Shown here: piece by piece, positions 36,503 through 44,904 of the stretch
Position numbering within the stretch: position 1 is the first letter of the stretch
Layout of the letters: the number at the start of each line of letters is the position of its first letter
Origin: Blastocatellia bacterium
GTDB lineage: Bacteria; Acidobacteriota; Blastocatellia; UBA7656
NCBI GenBank assembly: GCA_035558335.1
Contig: DATMCM010000399.1
Span: 1-53,515, forward strand
DNA length: 53,515 nucleotides
Direction of reading: 5' to 3'
The notes under the pieces: generated by a model
The model's input: the letters and a program-made list of their open reading frames with translations, nothing else
Databases searched by the model: none
What the model was told of the DNA's origin: nothing
Made by a program: the position numbers and the translations under genes

Positions 36503-37966
36503 ATGATGAAAAAGATGAAGGCGATTCTGTCGACGCTTGTGGCGACGGCAATGGTTGCTTCGGCGCCGGCCCAGACGGGAACCAGCGCAAGACTGGCTGC
36601 CAGCGCCGGTTCTACGGGGGCTTCAGCCGCGCCAGTGGAAACGCTGATAAAGAACGCCACGATCATGACCGCCTCACATGGCACGATCGCAAACGGTTCT
36701 ATACTGATTCGCGACGGAAAGATCGCCGAGGTAGGGTCAAACCTTAAGCCACGTGATCCAAACGCTCGGGTCATCGATGCCTCAGGCAAGTACGTCACGC
36801 CCGGAATAATTGATTGTCACTCGCACACAGGGGTCGATGGAAACGTAAACGAGGGCTCGCTCTCGGTTACATCGATGGTTCGAATTCGCGACGTGATAGA
36901 TCCGTACAGTCCTGCCATCTATCGCGAGCTAGCCGGCGGAACGACGACCGCCAACGTGCTGCACGGATCTGCCAACTCGATCGGCGGACAGAACGCTGTA
37001 CTAAAGTTCAAGGTGGGAAAGCCGGTAGATGTGTGGCTGATACCGGAGGCGCCTCCAGGCATAAAGTTCGCGCTTGGCGAGAATCCGAAACGCTCGAACA
37101 ATCAGGGGATACCGTCAACGACGCCGCGCCGTTATCCTGCCACTCGCATGGGCGTCGAGGAGACGATCCGCGATGCGTTCACCAGGGCCAAGGATTACAT
37201 GCGCGAGTGGCCGGAGTACGAAGCGAAGAAGGCGACCGACAAGACTGCCATCCCGCCCAGGCGGGACCTGGCGCTCGATGCGCTTGTCGAGATCCTTCAA
37301 GGCAAGCGAATGGTTCATTCGCACTGTTATCGGGACGACGAGATTCTGATGCTGCTCAACCTGAGCGACGAGCTGGGCTTCCACGTACAAACTCTTCAGC
37401 ACGTTCTGGAGGGCTACAAAGTCGCTAAAGAGATTGCGGCGCACAAGACTGGCGGGTCGACCTTTTCTGATTGGTGGGCCTACAAGCTCGAAGCATTTGA
37501 TGCGATTCCTTACAATGCGGCTCTTATGGCCTCGCGCGGAGTCATCGTCTCGCTAAACTCCGACTCCGACGAGCTTGCGCGAAGACTCTATCTGGAAGCA
37601 GCGAAGGCGATGAAATACGGCGGAGTCGGCGAAGAAGAAGCGCTGCGGATGGTTACTCTCAACCCGGCGATTCAACTTGGCATAGACAAACGAGTCGGTT
37701 CGATCGACATAGGCAAGGACGCCGACCTGGTGATCTTTAGCCAGCATCCGTTTTCGGTCTACACAGTTCCTGAAATGACGATGATCGAAGGCGAGATCTA
37801 TTTTGACCGCGCTGAAGATCTCAAGCAGCGCGAGGCGATGAAGCGGGAGAAAGAAGACCTTATCAAACGCGAGCGCGAGCAGCGTCAGGGCGGACCCCGA
37901 CCACCTCGCGCCGAAAAACCTGATGTGCCGCAGCCTCGGCCGAATGAAACGGAGCACCAACGCTGA
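36503..37966 (+). CDS. exported amidohydrolase (paralog B, catalytic ligands intact)
   Basis: ORF 36377..37966. The likely start is ATG 36503 ([24 protein letters not shown] signal peptide). HxH motif [11 protein letters not shown], further His-containing strands ([11 protein letters not shown]; LQHVLEGY) and C-terminal GKDADLVIF. Charged Lys/Glu/Arg tail. Confidence 0.88.
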   Translation: MMKKMKAILSTLVATAMVASAPAQTGTSARLAASAGSTGASAAPVETLIKNATIMTASHGTIANGSILIRDGKIAEVGSNLKPRDPNARVIDASGKYVTPGIIDCHSHTGVDGNVNEGSLSVTSMVRIRDVIDPYSPAIYRELAGGTTTANVLHGSANSIGGQNAVLKFKVGKPVDVWLIPEAPPGIKFALGENPKRSNNQGIPSTTPRRYPATRMGVEETIRDAFTRAKDYMREWPEYEAKKATDKTAIPPRRDLALDALVEILQGKRMVHSHCYRDDEILMLLNLSDELGFHVQTLQHVLEGYKVAKEIAAHKTGGSTFSDWWAYKLEAFDAIPYNAALMASRGVIVSLNSDSDELARRLYLEAAKAMKYGGVGEEEALRMVTLNPAIQLGIDKRVGSIDIGKDADLVIFSQHPFSVYTVPEMTMIEGEIYFDRAEDLKQREAMKREKEDLIKREREQRQGGPRPPRAEKPDVPQPRPNETEHQR

Positions 37967-37977
37967 TGGAGTCAACA

Positions 37978-39309
37978 ATGAAAACGAATAGACCGCTTTC
38001 TCCGATCGCTGCTTTCATCTGCACGTTGGCGCTGGGCTTCCTGGCGAGCGCCGGCGTTGGCATTGTTTCGGCTCAGGGGCCGAGCGACACATATGCGATC
38101 AAGGATGCGAGGATTGTCACCGTGACCGGGCCGGTGATCGAGAACGGGACGGTGGTGGTAGCTAACGGGAAGATTGCCGCTGTCGGCGCAAGCGCTTCAA
38201 TTCCGGCGGGCGCGAAGATCATCGACGCAAAGGGATTGTCGGTTTATCCGGGAATGATGGATTCAGATACCGAGATGGGTTTGACGGAGATCGGGGCTGT
38301 ATCCGGCTCAGTCGATACAAACGAGATCGGTGATAACAACGCGAACATTCATGTTGACGTCGCAATCCATCCCGACAGCTCGCATATAGCCGTGACTCGG
38401 GTAAATGGGGTTACGACTGTGCTGACCGCCCCACGCGGCGGGTTAATCGCCGGACAGAGCGCTATTCTGGATCTGGACGGCTGGACTCCGCGCGAGATGG
38501 TTCTGAAATCACCGGTAGCTATGCACATCAATTGGCCCGGTGCCGGGGGGCGAGGCGGAGAATTCGCGAATTTCGGGCAGCAGCGCTCGATCACCGAAGT
38601 GCGCCGCGAGCAGGATAAGCAGATCGAGAACTTGAAGAAGATTTTGCGCGATGCAGTGACTTATGCCGACGCAAAAGACGCCCGGGCGAAAGATCCGAGC
38701 CTGCCGAAGCAAAACGTCGACTTGAAGCTGGATGCATTGATTCCGGTCGTGCGAGGTCAGATGCCGGTAGTGATAAACGCCGATCTCGAACGCGACATAA
38801 AGAATGTCATCGCATTTGCTGATGAGATGAAGCTCAAAGCCATTATCTCGGGTGGCGTCGAGGCGTACAAAGTCGCAGATCAGCTCAAGGCAAAAGGGAT
38901 TGCCGTGATAGTGGGGCCGGTGCTGCGACTCCCTGCCAAGGAAGACGATGGATATGATGCCGCATTCGCCAACGCCGGGTTACTGTCGAAGGCTGGAGTA
39001 AAGATAGCATTTCAGACAAACGATTCCGCATACTCAAGGAATCTGCCCTATCAAGCAGGGATGGCTGCGGCTTTCGGCCTACCGAAGGAAGAAGCGCTCA
39101 AAGCGGTGACGATTTATCCGGCAGAAATCTTTGGAGTCGCCGACCGCGTTGGTTCGATCGAGAAAGGCAAAATCGCGAATCTCATAATCACCGATGGTGA
39201 CCCGCTGGAGATAAGAACCCAGATCAAGCACGTGTTCATAAACGGACGCGACATACCGCTCACAAGCAGGCATACGGAGTTGTACGAAAAGTACAAAGCA
39301 AGACCTTAG
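37978..39309 (+). CDS. exported amidohydrolase-fold protein lacking metal ligands (paralog C)
   Basis: ORF 37966..39309. ATG 37978 has GGAG 6 nt upstream, while ATG 37966 would overlap the preceding stop as TGATG. Signal peptide is MKTNRPLSPIAAFICTLALGFLASAGVGIVSAQG. YAIKDARIVTV...VVVANGKIAAVG...YPGMMDSDTEMG replaces HxH, and GKIANLIITDGDP replaces the GKDAD motif. Confidence 0.8.
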   Translation: MKTNRPLSPIAAFICTLALGFLASAGVGIVSAQGPSDTYAIKDARIVTVTGPVIENGTVVVANGKIAAVGASASIPAGAKIIDAKGLSVYPGMMDSDTEMGLTEIGAVSGSVDTNEIGDNNANIHVDVAIHPDSSHIAVTRVNGVTTVLTAPRGGLIAGQSAILDLDGWTPREMVLKSPVAMHINWPGAGGRGGEFANFGQQRSITEVRREQDKQIENLKKILRDAVTYADAKDARAKDPSLPKQNVDLKLDALIPVVRGQMPVVINADLERDIKNVIAFADEMKLKAIISGGVEAYKVADQLKAKGIAVIVGPVLRLPAKEDDGYDAAFANAGLLSKAGVKIAFQTNDSAYSRNLPYQAGMAAAFGLPKEEALKAVTIYPAEIFGVADRVGSIEKGKIANLIITDGDPLEIRTQIKHVFINGRDIPLTSRHTELYEKYKARP

Positions 39310-39484
39310 CGTTGAGACTGGCTTTTCCGGGGCTGAGAAATTCAGTTACACACCACCGTCGCGCAGCCACGTAGACTCCGCTGGCCGACTTGAGTTTTCC
39401 CGCTTTTTCAAGAACCTAATACTCCGTTTCGGCGACTGAAACCGGCCATTCTGGCTGGGAACCAATTTTGCCCGGTTTGTTCCT

Positions 39485-39817
39485 ATGCGAACCGAGTTGA
39501 GCAAGCTTCTTTGGGAAGTCGCGCGTTTGGGAGACGGAGGCGGGGTGACCTATCATCTCGCTGCAAGCCTCTCGCCCGAAGAAAAGGCCGTATTCGAAAT
39601 CGGGCTGATCGACACGTTGACTCGGGGAACCGCGGACCAGCAACGGCGCGTGAGGCGCGCGCTTCTCAATTGTGGCTATGACGAGCAATGCGCGCGCCGT
39701 GTAATGACGGAATCGGTCACCGACCGCGTTCGAGCTTCGACGCTTCTGCTTTTGCTGCACCCGCAACCAGGGAGCAACGCAAACGAGCAAAGCAGGGCCG
39801 CCGCCCGAAGCAAGTGA
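39485..39817 (+). CDS. hypothetical protein (possible HEAT-like helical fragment)
   Basis: 110-aa ORF with codon third-position bias similar to its neighbours. The overlapping minus-strand ORF 39416..39868 looks non-protein-like. No recognisable motif and no obvious RBS. Confidence 0.3.
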   Translation: MRTELSKLLWEVARLGDGGGVTYHLAASLSPEEKAVFEIGLIDTLTRGTADQQRRVRRALLNCGYDEQCARRVMTESVTDRVRASTLLLLLHPQPGSNANEQSRAAARSK

Positions 39818-39864
39818 GTATCTGGACTCGGAATGGATTTTGAACGGGAGGACCGCCGTCAGTC

Positions 39865-40611
39865 TCACTTCTTATGAAGCAAGATACGACCCTCGTAAGT
39901 TGTCAGAGTGAGCCGCGAACCGCCTTTTAGATACCTTCCCGAAACGCCCTTCGTTCCTCGCGATGAGCCGGTCAGGCTGGAAAGAAATCCGCCGAGGTTG
40001 ATGTTCTCGCTTAGCGCCCGTGCGTTCAGAGTGAATGGCGTTGATGCTGGCAGTGTCACATCGAGGTCGCCTCTCATCGACTGGAAGCTGTAAGACCCGC
40101 CCTCGCGCAACTCGCCGTCGAAGTAGATGTCTCCGCTTGTCACCTTGACATCGATTGAAGGGCTGCTGACTCTTAACAACCGGATGTCGCTATCGATCGA
40201 ATTCACGCTGATGTGACCAGTTACTCCCTGGACTTCGATATTGCCGATCACGTTTCGCAACACAAGGGAGCTCTCTGCCGGCAGCGAGACATCAAAGTCG
40301 GCGCGCCCCAACCGGAAGTTCCGCTTGACTGAGACGGTGATATCGTCACCGATCATGCTGTCTTCGATTGAAACCGAGGGCGCCGCATCGGCGCGAACTG
40401 AGACCGTCCTCTTGTCCCACGAGGCCACGCGGATTCGGCCGTTCACGTTCGATATAGTCAGGTGGGCCTCGGACCGCGGACTGTAAGTTCGCTCGAACCT
40501 CCCGGAAGGGCAGGCGACGCCAGTGGCGACGACCAGGAGCGACGCGCACAGGATCAGGATTGATGAACCGAACGCCGCTGGCCTTGTTCGTCTACTCTTG
40601 GACTTCGACAT
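39865..40611 (-). CDS. DUF4097 (putative adhesin / beta-helix) domain protein
   Basis: ORF 39865..40635 (TTG). ATG 40611 gives MSKSKSRRTRPAAFGSSILILCASLLVVATGVAC. Repetitive motifs ISNVNGRIRV, VIGNIEVQGVTGHISVNSIDSDIRL, TSGDIYFDG and MRGDLDVTL are typical of DUF4097. Confidence 0.75.
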   Translation of the reverse strand: MSKSKSRRTRPAAFGSSILILCASLLVVATGVACPSGRFERTYSPRSEAHLTISNVNGRIRVASWDKRTVSVRADAAPSVSIEDSMIGDDITVSVKRNFRLGRADFDVSLPAESSLVLRNVIGNIEVQGVTGHISVNSIDSDIRLLRVSSPSIDVKVTSGDIYFDGELREGGSYSFQSMRGDLDVTLPASTPFTLNARALSENINLGGFLSSLTGSSRGTKGVSGRYLKGGSRLTLTTYEGRILLHKK

Positions 40612-40653
40612 CACTCGAACCACCGGACCTCGCAATAGAAGTGTGATGGGGCA

Positions 40654-41337
40654 CTAAAAGTGTTCGAACCCTTCAAGCAAGCGAACCTTCTCGCGGTATG
40701 CGTTGAGCATCAACTCCTGTGACACGTCATCCGCCGGGTTGTCATTCAACTGATGGCGGCATTCTGCCAGGCATTGATCGACGTAGAGAAGGTTGCGTTC
40801 AAACGCCGAGCGAAGCTCGGGGTCCCACTCGACTTTCCGCAGCTCTACCGATTCGCTCAGCTGGTTGATCTGCTTCTCGATCTGTTGAAGATCGGAATTC
40901 GACAACGGAGTGGCTTCGATTCCTCCAACTCCAGCGGCGAGCGGCGCGACGTTCTGAGGGGCGGACGCGTCCCGGCGTGAAACTAGAACGGCAGCGGAAA
41001 GCGCGATGATAATCGCCGCAGCGGTCGCGGCCATCTGAGGCACCGAGAGGTTGAAGTGACGAGTCTTCAGCCAGGTCCACCAGGGAAGCGCGCCATGCCA
41101 GGACCCTCGATGTTCGGCTACGCCGGCCTGTATTCGAGACCACACTGCGCCTGATGGCGCGTGCTGAGGTAGCTGATGACTGAAGTGAACTATTTGGAGC
41201 AAGTCGTCCCGAACCGCGCGGCATGGCTCGCAGCCGGCGAGGTGTTGTTCGAGTTTCACCTGCTCGCCCAGCTCAAGCGAGCCATCGATGTAATCCGAAA
41301 TAAGTTCCTGACACTGCTTACAAACCATGATACCCAT
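40654..41337 (-). CDS. anti-sigma factor with zf-HC2 zinc finger and one TM segment
   Basis: 227-aa ORF. CKQCQELISDYIDGSL...HLAGCEPCR matches the H-x3-C-x2-C anti-sigma motif. Central TM is AATAAAIIIALSAAVLV. Confidence 0.85.
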   Translation of the reverse strand: MGIMVCKQCQELISDYIDGSLELGEQVKLEQHLAGCEPCRAVRDDLLQIVHFSHQLPQHAPSGAVWSRIQAGVAEHRGSWHGALPWWTWLKTRHFNLSVPQMAATAAAIIIALSAAVLVSRRDASAPQNVAPLAAGVGGIEATPLSNSDLQQIEKQINQLSESVELRKVEWDPELRSAFERNLLYVDQCLAECRHQLNDNPADDVSQELMLNAYREKVRLLEGFEHF

Positions 41338-41371
41338 TCACTTTATCTAACCGCGCCGCCTATCGTCGAGC

Positions 41372-41968
41372 TCACTGTTGCTTTGTCAAAAGCTGGCGCA
41401 ATCGCATTCGCGCCTTATGGAGCTGTGACTTCGAAGTGCCGACGCTTACTTGCAGAATATCCGAAATCTCCTCGTGCTCGTAGCCTTCCACATCGTGAAG
41501 CACGAACACCGTTCGATAACCCGGGGGCAACTCACCCACTGCCTTCTCAAGCGCCAGTCGGTCCACCATCGAGATTCGCCGCGTGCTTTGAAGCGGTGTC
41601 TCGACAACGTTGGTGAAGTCGCCTTCTTCGCTGGTGTGCTCCAGCTTCACGCCGCGTTTGCGAAAATGCATCAACACCTGGTTGACCGTCAAGCGGTGGA
41701 GCCAGGTGGTAAACGCCGAATCGCCTCGAAAGCTGGAGAGCTTGCGGTAGACCTGGAGGAACACCTCCTGGGTCAAATCCTCCGCCTGCCCGTCGTTGCC
41801 AAGCATCCTCAAACAAAGCGAGTAGACTCGCCGGTGATGCTGTTCGTAAAGCTTTTCAAACGCCGCAATGTCCCCAGCCGCAGCAGCCCTGGCGAGTTCC
41901 AGGTCCGAGGCGGCGGGGCTTCGTTCGGCGGTCACGCTCATTATCAGCGCATTCGTGATTGAAGCCAT
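41372..41968 (-). CDS. ECF (group IV) RNA polymerase sigma factor
   Basis: 198-aa ORF with region 2 ([41 protein letters not shown]) and region 4 HTH ([22 protein letters not shown]). Confidence 0.92.
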   Translation of the reverse strand: MASITNALIMSVTAERSPAASDLELARAAAAGDIAAFEKLYEQHHRRVYSLCLRMLGNDGQAEDLTQEVFLQVYRKLSSFRGDSAFTTWLHRLTVNQVLMHFRKRGVKLEHTSEEGDFTNVVETPLQSTRRISMVDRLALEKAVGELPPGYRTVFVLHDVEGYEHEEISDILQVSVGTSKSQLHKARMRLRQLLTKQQ

Positions 41969-42015
41969 TGCGTCAACGCTTGTGATGCGATGGCCGTAAA
42001 TCCGGTTGCCTCAGC

Positions 42016-42024
42016 ATTATAGCA
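42016..42024 (-). promoter_or_regulatory. extended -10 element TGcTATAAT upstream of the ECF sigma gene
   Basis: The minus strand reads aaTGcTATAATgc about 48 nt upstream of ATG 41968. No good -35 element. Confidence 0.4.
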
Positions 42025-42191
42025 TTCAGAGCGCAGGGATTGAGTGTTGTTTTCGGGTGCAGGTGGCGGGAATTGTGGCATCAATCGAGTGAAGGAGTAG
42101 ACCTCATCCTTCTCCGTCGGTGATGGCGGGACTAGTCATAATGCTCAACCGCCGACTTTAGTGGCCTTTGGTCAGTTTAGGCTGGCTGAGA

Positions 42192-42935
42192 CTACGGATT
42201 TGATGGTTTGGGCGCGCGCCCAGTCGTGGTTCGAACGGCTCCTCCTGCTGTATTGCTGATCAGCAATCGAACGTCGACCCGCCCACTGAGGTTTTGCGAG
42301 GTAGCGTACGTTGACTCGGATGCGCGGTAGCCAGGTGGTCTTGGTGCATCGTAGCCGATCGCGAACATCCGCATGATTGGAATGTTGTTCCTGTCGGCAA
42401 GATAGCGCTCGACCGCGTCCGCTCTTAGCTTACCCAGATTCTCTTTCGCTCGCGCCGTCCTTGTCGCGTCGCCGCGTCCGATGATCTCGAGAATAAAACC
42501 GTTGCGATCTGTGATCTGCGAGGCGAGTGTGTCCAACTGGGCCATTCCTTCACTGGTGAGAAGGGCGCTCCCCGGTTTGAAGAATACCATCGCGGTGCTT
42601 CGCAAAGTATATTTGTCGAGGTTCGCCCTCAGATCTTCTACGCTTTGCTCAACCCCGGCGACACGTGAATTCGCTTGCTCGGCTGACGATGCGGCGCGAT
42701 CCGCCGTAACCTGGGCCCTCTCAGCGCGTCCGCGAACCTCGTCAGTGCTCTTCTTGGCGTCACCGATTTGCTGGGTGTTGCGGCGCGCAGTCTCTTCCAG
42801 CTCACCCGTGCGGTTCTCGAGCGGTGTGACGCGCTCGGCAACTCTATTGCGCACATACTTCTTGGTCGCGCACCCGGACTGCACCGCAACCGAGAAGGCC
42901 AAAAGCAGGCACACAACAAACGGTTTTGATTTCAT
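42192..42935 (-). CDS. lipoprotein with coiled-coil region and degenerate OmpA-like C-terminal domain
   Basis: ORF 42192..42992. GGAGGAAC lies directly before ATG 42935, and the lipobox is AVQSGC. A long Ala/Arg/Glu-rich helical segment is followed by an OmpA_C-like part (VFFKPGSALLTSEGMAQLDTLA...GKLRADAVERYL). Confidence 0.7.
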   Translation of the reverse strand: MKSKPFVVCLLLAFSVAVQSGCATKKYVRNRVAERVTPLENRTGELEETARRNTQQIGDAKKSTDEVRGRAERAQVTADRAASSAEQANSRVAGVEQSVEDLRANLDKYTLRSTAMVFFKPGSALLTSEGMAQLDTLASQITDRNGFILEIIGRGDATRTARAKENLGKLRADAVERYLADRNNIPIMRMFAIGYDAPRPPGYRASESTYATSQNLSGRVDVRLLISNTAGGAVRTTTGRAPKPSNP

Positions 42936-43003
42936 TGTTCCTCCAGAAATGGGCAACTTGATACTTGCCGGATGGCAAGAGCCATACACCATTAAAGTGG
43001 CTC

Positions 43004-43019
43004 AGCGAGCGGCGTGCCA
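43004..43019 (-). promoter_or_regulatory. candidate sigma-54 (-24/-12) promoter upstream of the OmpA-like lipoprotein gene
   Basis: The minus strand reads TGGCACgccgcTCGCT. The GG and GC dinucleotides have the canonical spacing of TGGCAC-N5-TTGCW. It lies about 70 nt upstream of ATG 42935. Confidence 0.4.
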
Positions 43020-43225
43020 CTTGTTACGACTTCCATTGAACGGGCTTCACTGTCAAAAATCGACGCCTCCCCCCCGTGGCGTGATCGGCCCTCTGTAGTA
43101 GTTTCCAGGGCGACGGAAAAAATTACACCCCGGCCCTGTCTTTGCAGCAATTTCCCCGACGCTCGAAGTCACTGTTTCGCGCAAATAAAGAGCAAACAAC
43201 CGTTTAGTGCACAGGGGGAAAACCG

Positions 43226-43253
43226 TTGACTGCCTGATCGGGTGTTGTAGAAT
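43226..43253 (+). promoter_or_regulatory. sigma-70-type promoter of the diguanylate cyclase gene
   Basis: TTGACT - 16 nt - TAGAAT, 55 nt upstream of ATG 43309. Confidence 0.5.
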
Positions 43254-43308
43254 CGAGCCTTAGTCCAGTCCCTACCAGCGCGAGCCACCCCTGGAACCGC
43301 CGCATCAA

Positions 43309-44886
43309 ATGTATTCTCTTTTCAACGTTCTAACTCAACAGCATAGCGGGGACATCGCTCCGCTGCGATGCAATGAGCAGACGATGATTCGGCTCGCGAG
43401 ATATTTCGAAGACCTTGTGACTGAGAACAACCTTGGGGCACTGGTAGTCGCAGGGCGATGTCCAAACGGGCATCCGTTACGAGAACCGGAGCGTCTCGCA
43501 AGACTCGCCGCTACCGCTCGGCGGGTATATATGTTCTGCTGCGATCGCGACTGCGGAGCGAGGACTTGGGAGCCGATTGCGACCGAGAGCCTGGTTGTGC
43601 TTGAAGAGATGGGACACCATGCGCTGGAAACCGGGCCGATCGTCATATTCATCGAGCCCGGCTCTTGTGGATTGCTGGCGTCGCGCGCCGTCCCTGGTGA
43701 CGAGGATCGAAACGCTACCAGCTACAGCGTTGTTTGGACCTTTGATCCCAACGTTGTGTTGACCGCACTCAAGTACCTGATGGCCCGATTCGGCGTTCAG
43801 AGACCTGAGGAAGGGGAGATTTTCGAAACCTTGCTGCACTCATGCATGCCGTCCGGGCCCTCGCAGCGTTTGGCGTCGGCGTTTACAACCAAGCTGACAA
43901 TGTTGGTGCAGCGGCAAAACGAGTTGGAGATTGCAACCAAGCGGATCAGCGCCGCGATATCCAGCACGCTCGACCTGAAGTCGATCCTGCAGTCGGCGGT
44001 TGAGGAAGTCTGCCTTGCGGCCAGAGCCAGGCGGGTTGCTCTCGTGCTTTGGCCGGAAGGGACGGTTTCGCCGGAGGACATGACCGTCTACGAGCGGCAT
44101 GAGGACGCGCTTTCCGGCCAGATGTTTGGCGCGGTCAAAGACGACTCGCTCACGAACGAAGGCTCCGCATTTGAGTTGAACGCTTCCAGCCGGCCGCTTG
44201 AAGTGCCGGTGACCTATCGCGAAAACGTGATCGGCGAGCTGGTCGTCGAAGACGACCTCCCCGGCCGCGACTGGGAAGATGAAGAAGTGATGATGGTCAG
44301 GACGGTATCCGATCAGCTCGCAGTCGCCATCAGTCACTCGAGGCTTTTTCGGCAGATGCAGACCCAGGCTACTACCGATAGTCTTACAGGGCTCTCCAAC
44401 CACGGTTCCTTTCAAGCCCGTCTCGATCATGAGCTGAAGTTGGCCGACCGATCCCAACATCAGGTTTCGCTTATCCTCCTCGACCTGGACCAGCTGAAGC
44501 GCATCAACGACACCTACGGGCACGTCGCCGGCGATGCCACGCTTTGCCACGTTGCTCAGTCGATGCGGTCTGTAGTTCGCGAAACTGACATGTGTGCGCG
44601 GTACGGCGGCGAGGAGTTTTGCGTGATCCTTTCGCAGTGTGGTCGCGAAAAGGCGATTGACATCGCCGAGCGAATACGTTTAGCGATCTCTTCCCATTAT
44701 GTATCTCGCGTTGGTCAGGTTACCGCAAGCTTCGGGGTTGCAACGTATCCGACGGATGCTAAGGCTAAGGAAGAGCTGGTCGAGATGGCGGATCGCGCGA
44801 TGTACCTCGCGAAGGCTTCAGGGAGGAACCGCGTTCGCACGCTTATGCACCGGAACAACCCGGCAGTCGACGCGCTTGTAACGTAA
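43309..44886 (+). CDS. diguanylate cyclase: N-terminal uncharacterised (possibly DICT-like) domain - GAF - GGDEF
   Basis: 525-aa ORF with a GAF-like segment (ISSTLDLKSILQSAVEEVCLAARARRVALVLW...). GGDEF domain with active-site GGEEF, and an RxxD I-site (RETD) five residues upstream. Confidence 0.88.
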   Translation: MYSLFNVLTQQHSGDIAPLRCNEQTMIRLARYFEDLVTENNLGALVVAGRCPNGHPLREPERLARLAATARRVYMFCCDRDCGARTWEPIATESLVVLEEMGHHALETGPIVIFIEPGSCGLLASRAVPGDEDRNATSYSVVWTFDPNVVLTALKYLMARFGVQRPEEGEIFETLLHSCMPSGPSQRLASAFTTKLTMLVQRQNELEIATKRISAAISSTLDLKSILQSAVEEVCLAARARRVALVLWPEGTVSPEDMTVYERHEDALSGQMFGAVKDDSLTNEGSAFELNASSRPLEVPVTYRENVIGELVVEDDLPGRDWEDEEVMMVRTVSDQLAVAISHSRLFRQMQTQATTDSLTGLSNHGSFQARLDHELKLADRSQHQVSLILLDLDQLKRINDTYGHVAGDATLCHVAQSMRSVVRETDMCARYGGEEFCVILSQCGREKAIDIAERIRLAISSHYVSRVGQVTASFGVATYPTDAKAKEELVEMADRAMYLAKASGRNRVRTLMHRNNPAVDALVT

Positions 44887-44904
44887 TCCGCCAGACAGCG
44901 CGAC

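Noticed and set aside
39416-39868. 150-aa minus-strand ORF
   Set aside because: Its composition is implausible (Arg/Ser/Pro-rich with no hydrophobic core pattern). It overlaps both the plus-strand ORF and the end of the DUF4097 gene, and it has no RBS.
42215-42240. GGTTCGAA tRNA T-loop-like string (another occurs near 40655)
   Set aside because: It lies inside coding sequence, and no acceptor, D or anticodon stems can be drawn around it.
43840-44550. 236-aa minus-strand ORF
   Set aside because: It is antisense to the GAF-GGDEF gene, whose catalytic motifs are clear.
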